IMG/VR virus record: IMGVR_UViG_3300005573_001133
Location: 1 to 53,181 of that record
Strand: one strand, 5' to 3'
Length of the DNA: 53,181 nucleotides
Source of the DNA: a virus
Lineage: Duplodnaviria; Caudoviricetes
Positions 1-10,104 of this stretch are shown here, piece after piece (the first letter of the stretch is position 1; every line of letters begins with the position of its first letter). Both the position numbers and the translations under genes were made by a program. The notes under the pieces are model-generated. The model had not been told where the DNA came from. It made no database searches and saw only the letters and a program-made list of their open reading frames with translations.

Positions 1-71
1 TATGCTTCGGGCTTTGTTTAGATGGGGAAAAAGAAGTTTTGAAACTCAAAACAAATTAAAGGAGGTGAAAG

Positions 72-173
72 ATGGAAACAATTTTCGAAATGAAGGAAAA
101 GAAGGGTTTGAATTTAAGGGCGTATTTTTTAAAAAACGGGGAAACAAAAAATGTGGGGAAACATCAAAGTTGA
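72..173 (+). CDS. Small hypothetical protein, 33 aa (METIFEMKEK...)
   Basis: GGAGGTG RBS at 61-67 before ATG 72; overlaps the start of the MTase gene; too short for the ORF track. Confidence 0.35.
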   Translation: METIFEMKEKKGLNLRAYFLKNGETKNVGKHQS

Positions 174-1329
174 ATATGTTGATATAAACGAACTACGACC
201 ATCCGAATACAACCCTCGAAAAGCGTCGAAAAAAGAGTATGAAGATTTAAAAAAGTCGATAGAACGCTTTGGACTGGTTGACCCAATAATTGTAAATTCT
301 GCTGAAAACAGAAAAAATATTGTTGTAGGCGGGCATTTCCGATTGCGGGTGGCAAAAGACCTAGGCATTAAACAGGTTCCTGTTGTTTACGTAAACATCC
401 CAGATATCGAACGGGAAAAAGAACTCAACCTTCGTTTGAATAAGGACTTGGGTGAGTGGGACTTCGACTTACTTGCGAATTTTGATGAAGATTTACTAAA
501 AAGTGTAGGGTTTGAAAGTGAAGAACTTGATAAAGTGTTTGATTTAGATTCCGAACAAAACCCGAAAGAAGACGAAGTCCCAGAACTCCGAAAAGAAACC
601 CATATTAAATATGGGGATATTTTCCAATTAGGGCAGCATCGTTTAATGTGTGGGGATGCGACAAAAAAGGAGGATGTAGAGAAGTTAATGAAGGGCGAAA
701 AAGCGGATATGGTGTTTACTGACCCGCCTTATGCTGTTTATGGTAGCTCGACCGCTTTACAAAATAAAATTGTAGACGATAAAATGATAAGACCTTTTTT
801 CCGTGACGTTTTAGAAATGAGCAAAACGTTCTCCAAACTTTTTTCTCATATTTATGTTTTTTCAGATTGGCGAAGTTATGCTGCGTGGTGGGAAGCAAGC
901 AAGACCGTAAAATTGCCGATTAAAAATTGTATTGTTTGGGATAAAGGCGGCGGATTGGGAACCTTGTATATGCTATGTCACGAATTTATTATCTTCCTGA
1001 TAAATATTCCTGAGCAAAAAAAATTGACAGAAAAAAGAAAATCGGGGATTAAAACAATAATAGGGAAACCAAATGTTTGGCGATTTAATCGAGAAAGTAA
1101 AAGAGAACATTTATCAGCGAAGCCAATAGAATTGTGTGAATATGGAATACAAAATTCTTCGGAGAGAGGGCATATTGTCTTAGATTTATTCGGGGGTTCA
1201 GGTTCAACCTTGATCGCCTGTGAAAAACTAAACCGCCGATGTTATATGATGGAAATAGAACCAATTTATTGTGAGATTATCTGTGAACGTTTTGAGAAAT
1301 TTACTGGCAAAAAAAAGAAAAAAGATTGA
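151..1329 (+). CDS. ParB-like N-terminal domain fused to an N6A/N4C DNA methyltransferase
   Basis: YNPR..GLVDPIIVN..VGGHFRL ParB motif; HRLMCGD, FTDPPY catalytic motif, LDLFGGSGSTL SAM-binding motif. Confidence 0.92.
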   Translation: MWGNIKVEYVDINELRPSEYNPRKASKKEYEDLKKSIERFGLVDPIIVNSAENRKNIVVGGHFRLRVAKDLGIKQVPVVYVNIPDIEREKELNLRLNKDLGEWDFDLLANFDEDLLKSVGFESEELDKVFDLDSEQNPKEDEVPELRKETHIKYGDIFQLGQHRLMCGDATKKEDVEKLMKGEKADMVFTDPPYAVYGSSTALQNKIVDDKMIRPFFRDVLEMSKTFSKLFSHIYVFSDWRSYAAWWEASKTVKLPIKNCIVWDKGGGLGTLYMLCHEFIIFLINIPEQKKLTEKRKSGIKTIIGKPNVWRFNRESKREHLSAKPIELCEYGIQNSSERGHIVLDLFGGSGSTLIACEKLNRRCYMMEIEPIYCEIICERFEKFTGKKKKKD

Positions 1330-1332
1330 AAT

Positions 1333-1995
1333 ATGACCTACGATATTAAAATAAAGAACAGAAAAGATAATAAAAAAGGTGGAAATAGAAAACCACAGAC
1401 CTATAGGCATTGTGTTATTTGTGGGAAAGTTTTTGGACCATTAAAAAGATTATCGCAAATATGTTGTTCAAAAGAATGTGGATATAAATTAAGGTCACAA
1501 AATGGTTCAAAAAAGAAAGGAAAACACTACCTGCATCTAAAGAGAGCGGAGCGAAGAGTCTGCCCAATATGTGAAAAGGTTTTTTGGGGTAAAAATGATA
1601 GAAATGGAAGATTTGGAAGTGAGAAGATAAGAATTCAAAGGTATTGTTCACACGGCTGTTATATGAAATCAAGATTAGAAACTACTATTGAAAGGCTAAT
1701 GAAAGAATTTTTAATTAAACAGGGAATAAAATTTGAACAAGAATATAAAATAGGAAAATATTGGGTAGATTTTTATGTCCCCGAAATGAATTTGTGCATA
1801 GAAGTAGATGGAAATTATTGGCACTCATTAGAAAAACAGGTAGAAAGAGACAAAAGAAAAGATGATTTTTTAAGAGAATTAGGATATAATATTTTAAGAA
1901 TAAAAGAAGATGAAATCCTAAACCAAGTTATAATAGATAGATGGGAACAATTTACAGGGAAAAAAGCGGAAAGGGTTGATTATGGCACAAGGTAA
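1333..1995 (+). CDS. Zn-finger repeat + DUF559/Vsr-like endonuclease (putative homing endonuclease)
   Basis: Two CxxC...CSxxC repeats; VDF..IEVDGNYWH..DKRKD..L..LGYNILRI motif. Confidence 0.85.
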   Translation: MTYDIKIKNRKDNKKGGNRKPQTYRHCVICGKVFGPLKRLSQICCSKECGYKLRSQNGSKKKGKHYLHLKRAERRVCPICEKVFWGKNDRNGRFGSEKIRIQRYCSHGCYMKSRLETTIERLMKEFLIKQGIKFEQEYKIGKYWVDFYVPEMNLCIEVDGNYWHSLEKQVERDKRKDDFLRELGYNILRIKEDEILNQVIIDRWEQFTGKKAERVDYGTR

Positions 1996-2356
1996 AAAAA
2001 CAATAATCGACTACGAACTCGTTGAAATGTATGCAGGCATTGGTATGACCGACGCCGATATTGCTATTCTTTTAGGCATTGTTCCTGATACCTTTTCCCG
2101 TTTGAAGCAAAAAGACCCCGAACTTGTCGAGGCAATAAAAAGAGGCAAATCAAAAGCGAAAGTGAGCATAGCAAAAGCACTTTTCAATAAAGCGAGGGAC
2201 GGGAACGTGACCGCAATGATTTTCTGGCTCTGCAATCGTGCACCAGAAGAGTGGAAAAACATTCAGAAGGTTGAGGGGCATATCGAGAGCAAAGACTTCC
2301 AAATCGAAATTGTTCGTGTTCGTGATGATAAACAAGAGAAAAAGGGACAAAGTTGA
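1982..2356 (+). CDS. terS: Terminase small subunit (HTH)
   Basis: GMTDADIAILLGI HTH and GNVTAMIFWLCNR motif; directly upstream of terL. Confidence 0.8.
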   Translation: MAQGKKTIIDYELVEMYAGIGMTDADIAILLGIVPDTFSRLKQKDPELVEAIKRGKSKAKVSIAKALFNKARDGNVTAMIFWLCNRAPEEWKNIQKVEGHIESKDFQIEIVRVRDDKQEKKGQS

Positions 2357-3579
2357 ACGATATGGGTATCCAGTGGAAGGCAACACGGGTATTCTTTGAA
2401 AACCTACGGACAAAGAAGCCTGTTGTAATCAATATCGGCGGGGCTCGAAGTAGTAAAACATATTCTATTTGCCAACTCTTTTTGATGCGGTTCCTCAACG
2501 AAAGTAACAAGAAGTTTTTGATTTGCCGAAAATCTTTACCTTCCCTTAAAAAAAGTGTTCTTGTTACTTGGCGGGAACTTTTGGAACAAACAGGGGCAGT
2601 TCGTGACTTAATACAAGAGAACAGGCAGGATTTTACTTTTCGGTTCAAAAAGAATTACCTTGTCTTCGCTTCTATTGACGAAACTGAAAAAATAAAGTCT
2701 ACCGAATTTAACTACATTTTTATGGAGGAGGCAAACGAATTCGATTATGAAGACTACCGCATCCTCAAACTTCGTCTTTCGGCTCCGCACGGAAAAAACG
2801 AAGTCAACCAAATCTTTTTGGCTCTTAACCCTGAACCCTGCTGGGTAAACGAAAAAGTTCTCCCCAATGAAAATTGCGAGGTAATCAGGTCGAATTACCT
2901 CGACGCTATCGAATTCTTGCCAGAAGACTATGTCAGGGAACTCGAAGCGCTACAACATATTGACCCCGAATACTGGATTAAATATGGATTGGGCGAATAT
3001 GTCAAACTTTCTAATATTATTTACGACAATTACGAAATTATCGATGATGCTGTTTACGAAACAATCAGTGCAGATGATATTTTTTACGGGTTAGACTTTG
3101 GTTATAACAACCCCACTGCTCTTGTAGAAGTGAAAATGCGAGATAAGGTTTTTTACCTTCGGGAATTATTATATCAAACTAACCTGAAAAACAACGAACT
3201 AATTGAGTTCCTTAAAGAAAATGTTAAACGAAACAAACCGATATATGCCGATGCAGAAGAGCCACGCTTCATTGAGGAAATCGCTCTTGCGGGTTTGAAT
3301 ATATTTCCCGCCGATAAAGGGAAAGGAAGCGTCAAAAATGGCATAGATTTCGTTAAACGCTTCCAACTCAAAATCGCTCGTAGTAGTTCGAACTTAATCA
3401 AGGAAATCAAAGCCTATAAATGGAAAACGGATAAGAATGGCAATGTTTTAGATGAACCCGTTAAGTTCAATGACCACCTGATGGACGCAATGCGATATGC
3501 AATATTTTCTCACGCAGGAAAAGTGCAAGGCTTTGTTTTTGTTCCGAAAAAGAGGTTGAGTTTAATAGATAGGTTTTAG
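2353..3579 (+). CDS. terL: PBSX-family terminase large subunit (start may be ATG 2362)
   Basis: GGARSSKT Walker A, FMEEANE Walker B, GLDFGYNNPT and NDHLMDAMRYA nuclease motifs. Confidence 0.93.
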   Translation: MNDMGIQWKATRVFFENLRTKKPVVINIGGARSSKTYSICQLFLMRFLNESNKKFLICRKSLPSLKKSVLVTWRELLEQTGAVRDLIQENRQDFTFRFKKNYLVFASIDETEKIKSTEFNYIFMEEANEFDYEDYRILKLRLSAPHGKNEVNQIFLALNPEPCWVNEKVLPNENCEVIRSNYLDAIEFLPEDYVRELEALQHIDPEYWIKYGLGEYVKLSNIIYDNYEIIDDAVYETISADDIFYGLDFGYNNPTALVEVKMRDKVFYLRELLYQTNLKNNELIEFLKENVKRNKPIYADAEEPRFIEEIALAGLNIFPADKGKGSVKNGIDFVKRFQLKIARSSSNLIKEIKAYKWKTDKNGNVLDEPVKFNDHLMDAMRYAIFSHAGKVQGFVFVPKKRLSLIDRF

Positions 3580-3583
3580 GGTT

Positions 3584-4798
3584 ATGGGCGGACTCCCGCT
3601 AAATGCAATTATCAAAGGCGATTGTATGGAGGTTCTAAAACGATTCCCCGATAATTGTATAGATACAATTATAACTGACCCGCCGTATGGATTATCTTTT
3701 ATGGGGCTGGAGTGGGATAGTTTTGGGACTGATTTACAAAAATTTCAAGAATGGACAAGGAGTTGGGCTTCGGAAGTTTTAAGAGTAGCAAAGCCTGGGG
3801 CTACCCTTTTAGTCTTTGGTGGCACACGAACTTGGCACAGGCTTGCTTGTGGGATAGAGGATGCGGGCTGGAAGATAAGAGATACATTGATGTGGGTATA
3901 TGGGCAAGGCTTTACAAAGTCATTAAATATTGGTAAGGCTCTTGGTGATGCATATCCAGAATGGAAAAACTACGGCACTGCATTGAAACCCGCCTATGAA
4001 CCAATTATCCTTGCAATGAAACCCCTTGACGGCACCTTTGTTGAAAACGCCCTAAAATGGGGCGTAGCGGGACTAAATATAGATGGGGCGAGGATACCTA
4101 CGAACGAGACTTGGGTGAAATGGGAACGTGAAGGGGGAACGAGCTTTTTTTTACGTTATAAACAGAAGGGTAGACTTAAAAAAAGCCATCCATTGGGTCG
4201 CTTCCCTGCAAACCTTTTATTAGACGAGGCGAGCGCCGAGATATTAGACGAGCAGAGCGGGAAAAGTAGGTCTTCTTTTGGATTAAGCGAGGATAAAGAT
4301 ATTCAAAGAGCAACGTGGACGCTTAACAGAGAAGGTATGACTCCGAGAGGACATAAAGATGCTGGTGGAGCTTCCCGCTTCTTTTATGTCGCAAAAGCAA
4401 GCAGGTCGGAACGAAATGCAGGGCTGGAGGGTATGCCCGAAAAAGTAGGTGGCGGACTTAATGCAAACGTTTGTGGAGATAGTAGAAACGGCAGGGTTAC
4501 TATGAAACAGAACAACCATCCCACAGTCAAACCACTCAGGCTAATGGAATATCTTGTGCGACTCACTTTAATGCCCAACGAAAACCAAATATACCTTGAC
4601 CCTTTTTTGGGAAGCGGAACCACGGCGATGGCGTGTAAAAAACTGGGGAGGTTCTTTATTGGGATTGAAATAAATCAGGAATATGTTGAAATTGCAAAAA
4701 AACGCATCGAGGCGGTAGAAAATGGTATATTCCAAAAAGAAGTTGTTGTTTTGGAAAATTTAGATTATATTGCAAAAGTTAAAACGGAGGGGAAATGA
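3584..4798 (+). CDS. Orphan N6A/N4C DNA methyltransferase
   Basis: IITDPPY, GRFPAN, NNHPTVKP and LDPFLGSGTT motifs. Confidence 0.92.
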   Translation: MGGLPLNAIIKGDCMEVLKRFPDNCIDTIITDPPYGLSFMGLEWDSFGTDLQKFQEWTRSWASEVLRVAKPGATLLVFGGTRTWHRLACGIEDAGWKIRDTLMWVYGQGFTKSLNIGKALGDAYPEWKNYGTALKPAYEPIILAMKPLDGTFVENALKWGVAGLNIDGARIPTNETWVKWEREGGTSFFLRYKQKGRLKKSHPLGRFPANLLLDEASAEILDEQSGKSRSSFGLSEDKDIQRATWTLNREGMTPRGHKDAGGASRFFYVAKASRSERNAGLEGMPEKVGGGLNANVCGDSRNGRVTMKQNNHPTVKPLRLMEYLVRLTLMPNENQIYLDPFLGSGTTAMACKKLGRFFIGIEINQEYVEIAKKRIEAVENGIFQKEVVVLENLDYIAKVKTEGK

Positions 4799-6183
4799 TA
4801 AGTGAAGTTGACAAACTTATAGTTCAAATGCAAAATGTTGCTGACGCAGGCGACCGATTGGCTCAATACCTTTCTTTGCTTCCACCTACGGAAAAGTATC
4901 TTGCTTCAATCGGGGTTCGAGGCTTCGAGGTTTTGTATCGCATAGCAAACGAACCTTTTGTCTCTGGATGTATTTCCGCTCGAAAATCACCCGTTCTTTC
5001 CCGAGACTGGGAAATACAAGGCAACCACGCTGACGAAATACAGCAATGGCTTTCACGATTGAACCTAAATCGACTTTTTGCTCAAATGCTTGACACAATC
5101 TTTTTCGGGTTCCAAGTCTTTGAAATAAACTGGAATGAAAACTTTGAACCTGTTGAAATAATACAACGCCCACCCGAAAACTTCCGCATCAAACAGGGAC
5201 AACTTGTGTATGTCGGTGGTGGCGGGGAACAAGTTTTCCCAGAAGAGAAATTTTTGGTTTGCAAATTCGGAGATACTCTACGGGAACAATATGGGCAAGC
5301 ATTACTGACAAAAATCTTTTGGTATTGGGAGTTCCTTCGAATGGCGGTTAAGGTTTGGGTAAAGTATGTTGAAAAGTTTGGCATTCCCGTTGCCGATGTT
5401 TCCACCACAATGCCCCGAGAGGAAATGCAGAACTTGGGTCTCGATTTGAGTGCGATGGTAAGCGAAGGTATCGTGGTTCACGACCCTAACACACAAATAA
5501 AGTATATCGTGAGCAATGCTGGGCAAATCGATAGTATCGAAAAGTTGATTGAGGAATGTAAGAAAGCAATCGCCGTCGCTATACTGGGGCACGAGCGGGC
5601 GGTAACTACTACCGAAGGAAAACTCGGGAACGAATGGGGTGCGATACAAACAAGAGAAGATATTACACGAGCCGATTGCCGTTTCATTGAAGCACAAATG
5701 GAAACACTTATTGGTTACTGGATGCGGTTCCATTATCCTAATGAAACTGACCGCTCCTTCTTTGTTCTCCGTGAGCCAACGGCTCTTAATCTTGACCGAG
5801 CCAAACGAGACCAAATACTAGCTCAAATTGGCGTGCCTTTCTCACCCGTATACTGGAAAAAGAATTATGACCTCGCAGACGAGGATGTTCTTTTCGAAGC
5901 GACTGAATTTTCAAAACTTCGGAAAAATCAACTTTCTGCGGTATTCAAACAGCAAAGACTTCTGGATGCCTTCTTTAATTTGGGTAACGAAACACTCCCG
6001 CCGATTACCAAACAAGCGATAGAAAAAATTAAATCTTGGTTGGATGGAAAGATGAGTTTAGAAGATGCATTGAACAATGTTCAGGAACTTTTGCCCGAAC
6101 TTCCAACAAAACAATTCCTTGATACTTTTCAAAACCTCGTCGATTTGGCTATGTTTGTGGGTTTTGCCAACTTAAAGGAATAG
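4795..6183 (+). CDS. Portal protein, Mu gp29/DUF935-like
   Basis: FFGFQVFEINW, YVEKFGIP and IAVAILG motifs; position after the terminase. Confidence 0.85.
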   Translation: MISEVDKLIVQMQNVADAGDRLAQYLSLLPPTEKYLASIGVRGFEVLYRIANEPFVSGCISARKSPVLSRDWEIQGNHADEIQQWLSRLNLNRLFAQMLDTIFFGFQVFEINWNENFEPVEIIQRPPENFRIKQGQLVYVGGGGEQVFPEEKFLVCKFGDTLREQYGQALLTKIFWYWEFLRMAVKVWVKYVEKFGIPVADVSTTMPREEMQNLGLDLSAMVSEGIVVHDPNTQIKYIVSNAGQIDSIEKLIEECKKAIAVAILGHERAVTTTEGKLGNEWGAIQTREDITRADCRFIEAQMETLIGYWMRFHYPNETDRSFFVLREPTALNLDRAKRDQILAQIGVPFSPVYWKKNYDLADEDVLFEATEFSKLRKNQLSAVFKQQRLLDAFFNLGNETLPPITKQAIEKIKSWLDGKMSLEDALNNVQELLPELPTKQFLDTFQNLVDLAMFVGFANLKE

Positions 6184-6187
6184 AACG

Positions 6188-6982
6188 ATGCCAGAAGACT
6201 TAAAACTCGACTTTCGAGACAAGAGCAAAATGCGACGGCAATTGCGAACACTTCTCAACGAAGTTCGTAAAAATAGTTTTTGGCAATATTGGATACGGAG
6301 GGAATTGGTTCCGAGCGATACAATGATGCGAACCGCAGAAGCATCTCGCCGTCTCGCTTTTGCTGTTACTCATATTACAAACACCAGAATTTTGGAAACG
6401 CTACGGGATATACTTGGTGAGGCGATTAAGGAGGGACGCTCAATTGACGAAGTAAAAGGAAACATCACAGAAGCGTTTCGTCAAAAGGGTTGGTATGAAG
6501 ATGGCTATCAATGGAACACAATTATTCGAACCAACTTTGCCAACCACTTTAACCGAGTGCATTATGAGATGATGGAGTTGACCAGCAAAGAAATGTTTCC
6601 ATATCGGGAATTCGTTGCCGTCGACGATGAGCGAACGACCGACCTTTGCCGTGAACTCAACGGGTTGGTTGTTCCTGCGGATAGTATCGAATATCAGACC
6701 TTACAACCTCCGTTACATTTCAATTGCCGTAGTCAGTGGGTCGTTGCACCAGAAGATGCTTATAATCCAAAAACTTCAACCGAAAAGTTGCGTAACCTCG
6801 AACAACAAGGGTTAAAACCGCAGGAAGGGTTTGGGAGTTTTGAGGGGGCGTATCAGACTTACACGGAGCGACTTGACGAGTGGCAAAAGGAGTTTGGCAT
6901 TAGCAAAGAGTATGCGATGGCTCAACTCTCGAACTATGTTGCCGAAGGTTTATCAAAACTGGCGGAGTGGCTAAATGAATGA
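6188..6982 (+). CDS. Minor head protein, Mu F/SPP1 gp7-like
   Basis: TIIRTN, AVDDERTTDLCRELNG and PPLHFNCRS motifs. Confidence 0.9.
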   Translation: MPEDLKLDFRDKSKMRRQLRTLLNEVRKNSFWQYWIRRELVPSDTMMRTAEASRRLAFAVTHITNTRILETLRDILGEAIKEGRSIDEVKGNITEAFRQKGWYEDGYQWNTIIRTNFANHFNRVHYEMMELTSKEMFPYREFVAVDDERTTDLCRELNGLVVPADSIEYQTLQPPLHFNCRSQWVVAPEDAYNPKTSTEKLRNLEQQGLKPQEGFGSFEGAYQTYTERLDEWQKEFGISKEYAMAQLSNYVAEGLSKLAEWLNE

Positions 6983-7415
6983 ACTTGATTTGTTAACTGG
7001 TGTTCTCAATTATCCACCCTTCCTTGCCGATATCGGCGAAGGTGCAAGGCGAGAAATTGTCAAAAACTTCCAAGTCGGCGGGCGATATGGCGACGGACTT
7101 TTCGGTGGCGGGAATAAGAAGTGGAAACCGAGCCAAAGAGTATTGAAAAAGGGTGGGCAAACATTAATCGATACGGGAAACTTGTATCGAAATATCACCA
7201 TCGGGGTCAAACCTGATGCAAAAGGTATTACAATCGAAGTCGAAAGTATGGCGTATGGTGTTGACCACCAAACAGGAACTCGGAAGTTTCCCGCAAGACC
7301 TTGGGCTACTTTGCCCGATAGTTTTGTGCAAGATGTAATACTTCGTGCGTTTCAAATACACTTAACACCAGACAAAGTCGTCTCGAAATTAGAAAAATTA
7401 ATGGGGTTACAATGA
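6975..7415 (+). CDS. Virion morphogenesis protein, Mu gpG-like
   Basis: KWKP..TLIDTGNL..YG..HQTG..FPARPW motifs. Confidence 0.82.
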   Translation: MNELDLLTGVLNYPPFLADIGEGARREIVKNFQVGGRYGDGLFGGGNKKWKPSQRVLKKGGQTLIDTGNLYRNITIGVKPDAKGITIEVESMAYGVDHQTGTRKFPARPWATLPDSFVQDVILRAFQIHLTPDKVVSKLEKLMGLQ

Positions 7416-8017
7416 AATACCTTAACAATCCTTTCGATTTTCCTGAACTTTCTGGTGTTTTTGATGACCTCAATTGGAACGAATATACAATGGTGCCTTT
7501 TAATTGGATATTAAGCAAAAAGGAATTAGCAAAGCGTTCTATAACACACTTCTTTATCTACGATTACCAATTCGAGCGGGTTTGGAAGCGACCCGACCTG
7601 TATGTCAAACCTTTGAGAAAAACAGCATTCGTCCTTTCCCCAGACTTCTCTTTGTATTACAATTTGCCACTCGCACAGCAAATATGGAATACTTATCGCA
7701 ACAGAGCGGTAGGAAAATATTGGGAAAATCAAGGGCTTTGGGTAATCCCGACTGTATCGTGGAGTGACGAACGGAGTTATTCGTTTTGTTTTGCGGGCAT
7801 ACCCCGAAATAGTGTCGTAGCAATTTCGAGCGTAGGTGTTAAGGATTTTGAGATGTTCGAGCGGGGACTTGCGGAAATGATACATCGTTTGTCTCCGAAA
7901 ACTATATTATGTTACGGGACGGATTATCTCGTCAACTTTCCAAAGACTTACTACTTCTTTTCTCACATTCAGTTCATTCGAAAAATTTCAAAACAAAAGA
8001 AAAAACAGGAGGTGTAA
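7412..8017 (+). CDS. DUF4417-family protein
   Basis: HFFIYDYQFERVW, LSPDFSLY, QIWNTYRNR and VIPTVSW motifs. Confidence 0.85.
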   Translation: MKYLNNPFDFPELSGVFDDLNWNEYTMVPFNWILSKKELAKRSITHFFIYDYQFERVWKRPDLYVKPLRKTAFVLSPDFSLYYNLPLAQQIWNTYRNRAVGKYWENQGLWVIPTVSWSDERSYSFCFAGIPRNSVVAISSVGVKDFEMFERGLAEMIHRLSPKTILCYGTDYLVNFPKTYYFFSHIQFIRKISKQKKKQEV

Positions 8018-8515
8018 ATGGGTGGTCGAGGTGGAGCGGGAACACTAGGTCGTGGAGGTGGTGCTGGCGGGATAAAAGCACCATCGCCTTTTGAAAAACA
8101 GATACAAAAAGCACTCGAAAGTGGGAAAATGACTATTTATTACAACGAACAAGCAAAAGAATATAGAATAGGCTTAACAAAAGATGCCCCAGAAAGTCTT
8201 GTTAATTGGGCCAAAGAAAATGCGTCTCAAATTAAGCGTGTTTGGAATATAATTCAGAGCCATAATGCAAAGGTAGAAAAGGAATATCAGCAGGTCAAAA
8301 ACTTTTTGAGCGTAGATGCAGAAAAGGGACAAGTTTACGAATACAAACTCAAACAGGAAGGACTTCGGAAAAGTTTAACCCCCGAGAGAATTTATTCCTA
8401 CAAACCACCTCTCGGGACACCGATATCAAAAGATGCAATTTTAGAGAACTTTGGGAAAAAGGGGGAAAGTGTTTTAGTCTCGAAAGGTGAAATTATAAAG
8501 AAACTTGGAAGGTGA
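8018..8515 (+). CDS. Hypothetical protein with MGGRGG N-terminus
   Basis: GGAGG RBS; Gly-rich N-terminus of the kind often found after DUF4417 genes. Confidence 0.7.
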   Translation: MGGRGGAGTLGRGGGAGGIKAPSPFEKQIQKALESGKMTIYYNEQAKEYRIGLTKDAPESLVNWAKENASQIKRVWNIIQSHNAKVEKEYQQVKNFLSVDAEKGQVYEYKLKQEGLRKSLTPERIYSYKPPLGTPISKDAILENFGKKGESVLVSKGEIIKKLGR

Positions 8516-8568
8516 AAAATTTTTTATGTCAAACGGGCGTTTTTTGTATCAATTTTGAAAAATATTAT

Positions 8569-8576
8569 TAAGTTTG
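8569..8576 (+). promoter_or_regulatory. Candidate Bacteroidota/Chlorobi-type -7 promoter element (TAAGTTTG)
   Basis: Matches TAnnTTTG in the AT-rich gap before the protease-capsid genes. Confidence 0.4.
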
Positions 8577-8598
8577 TAATTGAAAAGAGGGGGGGATT

Positions 8599-9741
8599 AT
8601 GGCAGTAAAAATTAATCCAGTAGGCGTGCGAAACGCTGTTGCCCTGATTAAAGAAGGCAAAGTCGATACGAAGTCGTCTTGGGAAATGACACCAGAAGAC
8701 GAAAACGCAATTCTCGGCGATGGCAATTGGAAAGAGTATGCAAAATGGTTCCTTGCCATTGACGACGAGGCAAATGAAGAGACAAAGGCCCATTACAAGT
8801 TTCCGTTTGGGAAAAATGGCAAAGTGTATCGTTCCGCTCTTATTGCCATCCGTCAACGAGCGGGACAATTCGGGTATCAAGACGTTTTTGACGAAGCGGG
8901 AACCTTGTTAGCAAAAGTAGACGCAAGCAATTTCGAAAGTGTGAAAAGTAAGTGGTTCACAATCTTCTGGAACGGCAAGCATAACAACAGCGGGGCGAAA
9001 AAAGAATGGACACCTGAAGATGTTGAGCGGATTTATGAGGCGAACAAAGATAGGGAAATTCCTTTGACAATCCGCCATCCAGAAGATGACCTTCCTATCG
9101 TTGGCTTTGCGAAGGGAATACGAAAGAAGATACAGGACGGGAAAGTTGTTCTGGAAGCACAACTTAAAAAGATTTCAAAACCAATTTTAGAGCGATTGAA
9201 ACAATTGAACTTTGATAAAGTCTCAATTGCATTAGAACCCGATTTAGCAACCATTCGCCATATCGGGTTTGTGGAAAATCCTGCAATCGAAGGACTTCCG
9301 CCAGTTCAGTTCGAAAATTCAGTAGAAATAGATGTTTCACAATTATTAGAGGAGTTCAAAATGCAAGAGGAATTCGAAAAGGTCTCGAAAGAGAAAGCAG
9401 AACTCGAAAAGGAACTCGAAGCGTTGAAAGAAGAATTGAGAAAAACGAAGCGTGAGAATGCCAAAATTCGGTTCGAAGCCGAGACAAAGGAACTAACCCG
9501 TGACCTTCCGCCAGCCGTGAAAGAGAAGGCAACAAAAGTCTTGGAGGCGGTTTTCGAAAGAAGCACGGATTACGAATTTGAGAAGGATACACTTTTTGAA
9601 GCAATTACAGAACTAATCAAAGTTATACCGAAGCCTGATTTAAGACCCAATGTTGCAGTGGGAACAACAACAGACTTTGAGAATAAACTTAACGAAATCG
9701 AAAAGAAAGTAGATATGTTCAACAAAAAATTGAGGGGATAA
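8599..9741 (+). CDS. Prohead protease/scaffold, Mu gpI-like, with an N-terminal extra domain
   Basis: PLTIRHP, KVSIAL and HIGFVENPAIEGL motifs; C-terminal coiled coil; precedes the capsid genes. Confidence 0.8.
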   Translation: MAVKINPVGVRNAVALIKEGKVDTKSSWEMTPEDENAILGDGNWKEYAKWFLAIDDEANEETKAHYKFPFGKNGKVYRSALIAIRQRAGQFGYQDVFDEAGTLLAKVDASNFESVKSKWFTIFWNGKHNNSGAKKEWTPEDVERIYEANKDREIPLTIRHPEDDLPIVGFAKGIRKKIQDGKVVLEAQLKKISKPILERLKQLNFDKVSIALEPDLATIRHIGFVENPAIEGLPPVQFENSVEIDVSQLLEEFKMQEEFEKVSKEKAELEKELEALKEELRKTKRENAKIRFEAETKELTRDLPPAVKEKATKVLEAVFERSTDYEFEKDTLFEAITELIKVIPKPDLRPNVAVGTTTDFENKLNEIEKKVDMFNKKLRG

Positions 9742-9742
9742 A

Positions 9743-10090
9743 ATGGGAAGCTTGACAAGTATTGCACAAGCACTCGGGACGTTCGCCGATTTTGACGATA
9801 TTTTGGCGACCTTTGACAATACCCGAATGGCACCAATTACAGTCGCAAGTGAGCAGGGTGCTCTGAAAAGAGGAACACTTTTGCAGAAAAACGCCAACGG
9901 GAAGTATGTAGTTTGCACAAGCCTAACGAATCTTGTGGGCGTGTTGGCAGAAGATGTTGATACTTCGGGCGGAGACGTTAATAGTCTAATGTATGTTGAG
10001 GGAACATTCAAAAAAGACAAACTCGTTGCGGGCGAAGGTGTAACCATCTCCGCAGGAATTTATTATTATGGAAATATTGTAATCATTTAA
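9743..10090 (+). CDS. Head decoration protein, lambda D-like
   Basis: LKRGTLL..GVLAEDVDT..YVEGTF motifs; just upstream of the capsid gene. Confidence 0.8.
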   Translation: MGSLTSIAQALGTFADFDDILATFDNTRMAPITVASEQGALKRGTLLQKNANGKYVVCTSLTNLVGVLAEDVDTSGGDVNSLMYVEGTFKKDKLVAGEGVTISAGIYYYGNIVII

Positions 10091-10104
10091 GGGGGGGGTG
10101 AACG

